The notes under the pieces are model-generated. The model saw nothing but the letters and a program-made list of their open reading frames with translations. It had not been told where the DNA came from and made no database searches. Position numbers and translations under genes: made by a program. This document shows positions 17,959-19,999 of a stretch of 19,999 nt of DNA, in pieces. Within the stretch, counting starts at the first letter, position 1. Every line of letters starts with the position of its first letter. This DNA is from Acidobacteriota bacterium. Lineage in GTDB: Bacteria; Acidobacteriota; UBA6911; JACQSX01. The stretch is taken from the NCBI GenBank assembly GCA_036507075.1, contig DASXQR010000029.1, positions 1-19,999 on the forward strand, written 5' to 3'.

Positions 17959-18073
17959 GGCCCCACGTTCAAGGACGGCGATGAATACCAGATTGACATC
18001 CATTGCCTCTCACCAGCCTTATGCGAGTGAAGGGACCTCAGGTGAGCACCCGACTTGCCGCCTAACGAATTAA
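17952..18073 (+). other. Mini cassette with a 30-aa ORF (17981-18073) and only the R'' of its attC
   Basis: Start GTTAGGCGGC is the exact reverse complement of GCCGCCTAAC at 18057-18066. Confidence 0.55.
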
Positions 18074-18123
18074 GGATTCTTGTCGCGCACAGTCCTGCAG
18101 TATGTGATACGGGACCGAGTGGT

Positions 18124-18233
18124 GAGCCGGCCGGGCGGAAGAATAAAGCCCAGGGCGGAGCTTGCGGAGCCCTGGGACTGCCCGACCATTCTCGACACCC
18201 TGAGCCCGGCCGTTTTTGGGCCGGGCGACAGAA
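18124..18233. repeat. REP-like hairpin cluster related to 850-943 (reverse orientation)
   Basis: cccagggc...gccctggg and gcccggcc...ggccgggcgacagaa hairpins. Confidence 0.6.
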
Positions 18234-18249
18234 TTCCGGGAGCTTGGCT

Positions 18250-18378
18250 GGCAGCCACTACATCTTCACGCACGTGCAGCTCCCCGAGCCAATTAATATT
18301 CAGGAAGTCCGAGGTGAAGCCAAGCCTTACCAGATTAGACAACTCCTACGACTGGTCGAGCGGTATAATCTAAAGCTG
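18250..18378 (+). pseudogene. hicA: HicA toxin C-terminal fragment
   Basis: GSHYIFTH ... INIQ ... GEAKPYQIRQLL. Confidence 0.75.
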
Positions 18379-18406
18379 ATGGAAGTGGCCGGGACTGGCA
18401 GCGGCT

Positions 18407-18649
18407 GCCATCCGCCAGTATGCCGAGTGCGATTAGATTGGCCGGCACGAGAAACTGATTTTTATCGGCAAGCATGGCACCGGCAAAACGCACGCGGGGA
18501 TTGTCTTTGGCATGGAAGTGTGCCGGGCCGGTTATCGGGTACAGTTCTGGACGGCGGCCGACCTGGTCAACACACTGGTGGAGGCTCGTGAAGAGCGGCA
18601 ACTGAAGCGCACCCTGATTCGACTGCAGCGTTTTGATCTGATCATTATC
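18407..18649 (+). pseudogene. istB: IS21 helper ATPase IstB fragment
   Basis: LIFIGKHGTGKTH (Walker A), GYRVQFWTAADLVNTL, RFDLIII cut just before the Walker B acidic residues; in-frame TAG at 18434. Confidence 0.8.
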
Positions 18650-18650
18650 G

Positions 18651-18962
18651 TGGGTTTTTCCCGCAACCCGCTTTTACGTCGACCGTGTTTCCGGGCGGCG
18701 CCGCCGTCATCATCTGCACGAGTCTGTGCTGCAGAGGAGCGTGCGTGAGGCTGTCCTGCGGGCTGGGATAGCGAAGCCTGCGAGTTGCCACACGCTGAGG
18801 CACTCGTTCGCCACACATCTGCTCGAGGACGGCTACGGCATTCGGACGATTCAAGAGCTGCTGGGGCACAGCGATGTAAGCACTACGATGATTTACACCC
18901 ATGTTCTCAATCGAGGCGGTCGCGGGGTGCGGAGCCCGCTGGACAATGTGTCTTCACGATGA
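18651..18962 (+). pseudogene. intI: Integron integrase, 5'-truncated remnant 2
   Basis: [50 protein letters not shown]. Confidence 0.92.
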
Positions 18963-19174
18963 CGTTTCCGCGTCGAACCCATTTGCCCTGACGTTGACGG
19001 ACGAAGGCATCCGTGGTCGGGGAGACGCCTCGCTAGGCTAATCGGGTTAAGCAGACCGGCCTCGCGATCTATCTGGATAGGCCGCGACAGTCACTCGCTC
19101 GCAACCCATTGATTTTTTTCGGATATGTCAATCGTAATGAAGACTACGCACCATGATAGACGGCTGGCGCCCGT

Positions 19175-19216
19175 CCGCCTATCCAATTATCCAGAACTGT
19201 ATACTTCAAGTTATGC
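19175..19216 (+). other. Putative attI downstream of intI remnant 2
   Basis: Core GTTATGC at 19210-19216; GTTATGCCG is the exact reverse complement of CGGCATAAC in the next attC (19756-19764); no attC palindrome upstream. Confidence 0.7.
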
Positions 19217-19243
19217 CGATTGAGAGATTGAGAGGAGGTCCGC

Positions 19244-19749
19244 GTGAAGACGGTGGCCGTGATGCTAATTCTTGCCGTTTCGCCACTGCTGCTAATCGGT
19301 GAGAGTCAACAGTCGTCGAAACCAACGTCGATTTTGCAGTCTTTTGTCATGACTGTTTCCGAAGACGGCAAGGAACAGGCTGACTGGTTCGAGCTTTGGG
19401 AGCTCTCAGGCGAGTTTGGTGGACGGATGCCAACGTGTTCCATCCAAGTGGCGTCGTTTACAGCACAGGACGTAACGCGCGTGTATCTCTGGAGCCACAC
19501 AGCCCAACGCGTGACGGAGGTCCGACCGGTATCTTCCGAGTTGAGATGAATGGTCGGCTGAATCCCTTTTCTGGCTTGGAGGTTATCGTTGAGGTCAATA
19601 AGAACCGCACTCGCATTATTGAAATGACTGCCTCAATGCGAAGTGGGAGCCGTGGCCAATCCGTCGTTACCTTTCGTATCGATCGAAGTAACGAGACTCG
19701 GAAGCTGCCTCCACTTCGTAATCCATCGTGGTCCCTTGAAAACAGGTGA
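19244..19749 (+). pseudogene. Secreted hypothetical cassette protein with a frameshift near 19527
   Basis: AGGAGG plus GTG, signal-like N-terminus; ...TEVRP continues as GIFRVEMNG... in another frame and ends 8 bp before attC. Confidence 0.65.
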
Positions 19750-19757
19750 GGCAGACG

Positions 19758-19859
19758 GCATAACAAGCCGCTGCAGACCGACGAGCGGCGCGCGGCGGTT
19801 GCGGCTCAATTGCAACTTGACTCTCGCGCCGCTCGCGGCTGAGCGGCAGGACGTTCGGC
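19758..19859 (+). other. attC site (intact)
   Basis: R'' GCATAAC, arms ccgctgcagaccgacgagcggcgcg / cgcgccgctcgcggctgagcgg, R' GTTCGGC; same family as 8545-8642. Confidence 0.9.
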
Positions 19860-19910
19860 GTCGGGGCTTGAGAGACAAGTCCCGAGTTGAGCAGACAAGG
19901 AGAGTGGAGT

Positions 19911-19999
19911 ATGTCAAACGCAGCGCCGATCGAGCTTGGTTCGGTGGTAGCGCTTTGGCGATATCCCGTGAAGTCCATGATGGGCGAGGAACTGAACGC
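19911..19999 (+). CDS. MOSC domain protein, N-terminal part (cassette gene, runs off right edge)
   Basis: MSNAAPIELGSVVALWRYPVKSMMGEELN (MOSC_N motif YPVKS..GE). Confidence 0.85.
   Translation, partial: MSNAAPIELGSVVALWRYPVKSMMGEELN

Overview
GC-rich bacterial accessory region; gene content suggests Acidobacteria (inference only). It looks like a heavily decayed integron landscape. There are about nine + strand attC sites or remnants (four intact) and two 5'-truncated integron-integrase (intI) remnants. Each remnant is followed about 210-250 bp DOWNSTREAM by a putative attI and co-oriented cassettes. Cassette-type genes include DUF1801, DinB, DUF1697, MOSC and hypotheticals. Between them lie intact genes (alpha/beta hydrolase, MBL-fold hydrolase, an ECF sigma/anti-sigma/zinc-ribbon operon, DUF6624, membrane proteins), several REP/MITE-like palindromic elements and many abruptly spliced gene fragments (ankyrin, sulfatase, HicA, IstB, IS21 end, SBBP joined to amidohydrolase, and a ~92% duplicate of the Gfo/Idh/MocA 5' end). 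The clearest hidden feature is a Tat-signal DsrE-like gene at 9585-10052 whose in-frame TGA forms a U-x-x-C motif followed by a SECIS-like hairpin, i.e. a probable selenoprotein that the ORF track truncates. Family calls come from motif recognition by eye, not database searches, and assembly artefacts cannot be excluded.
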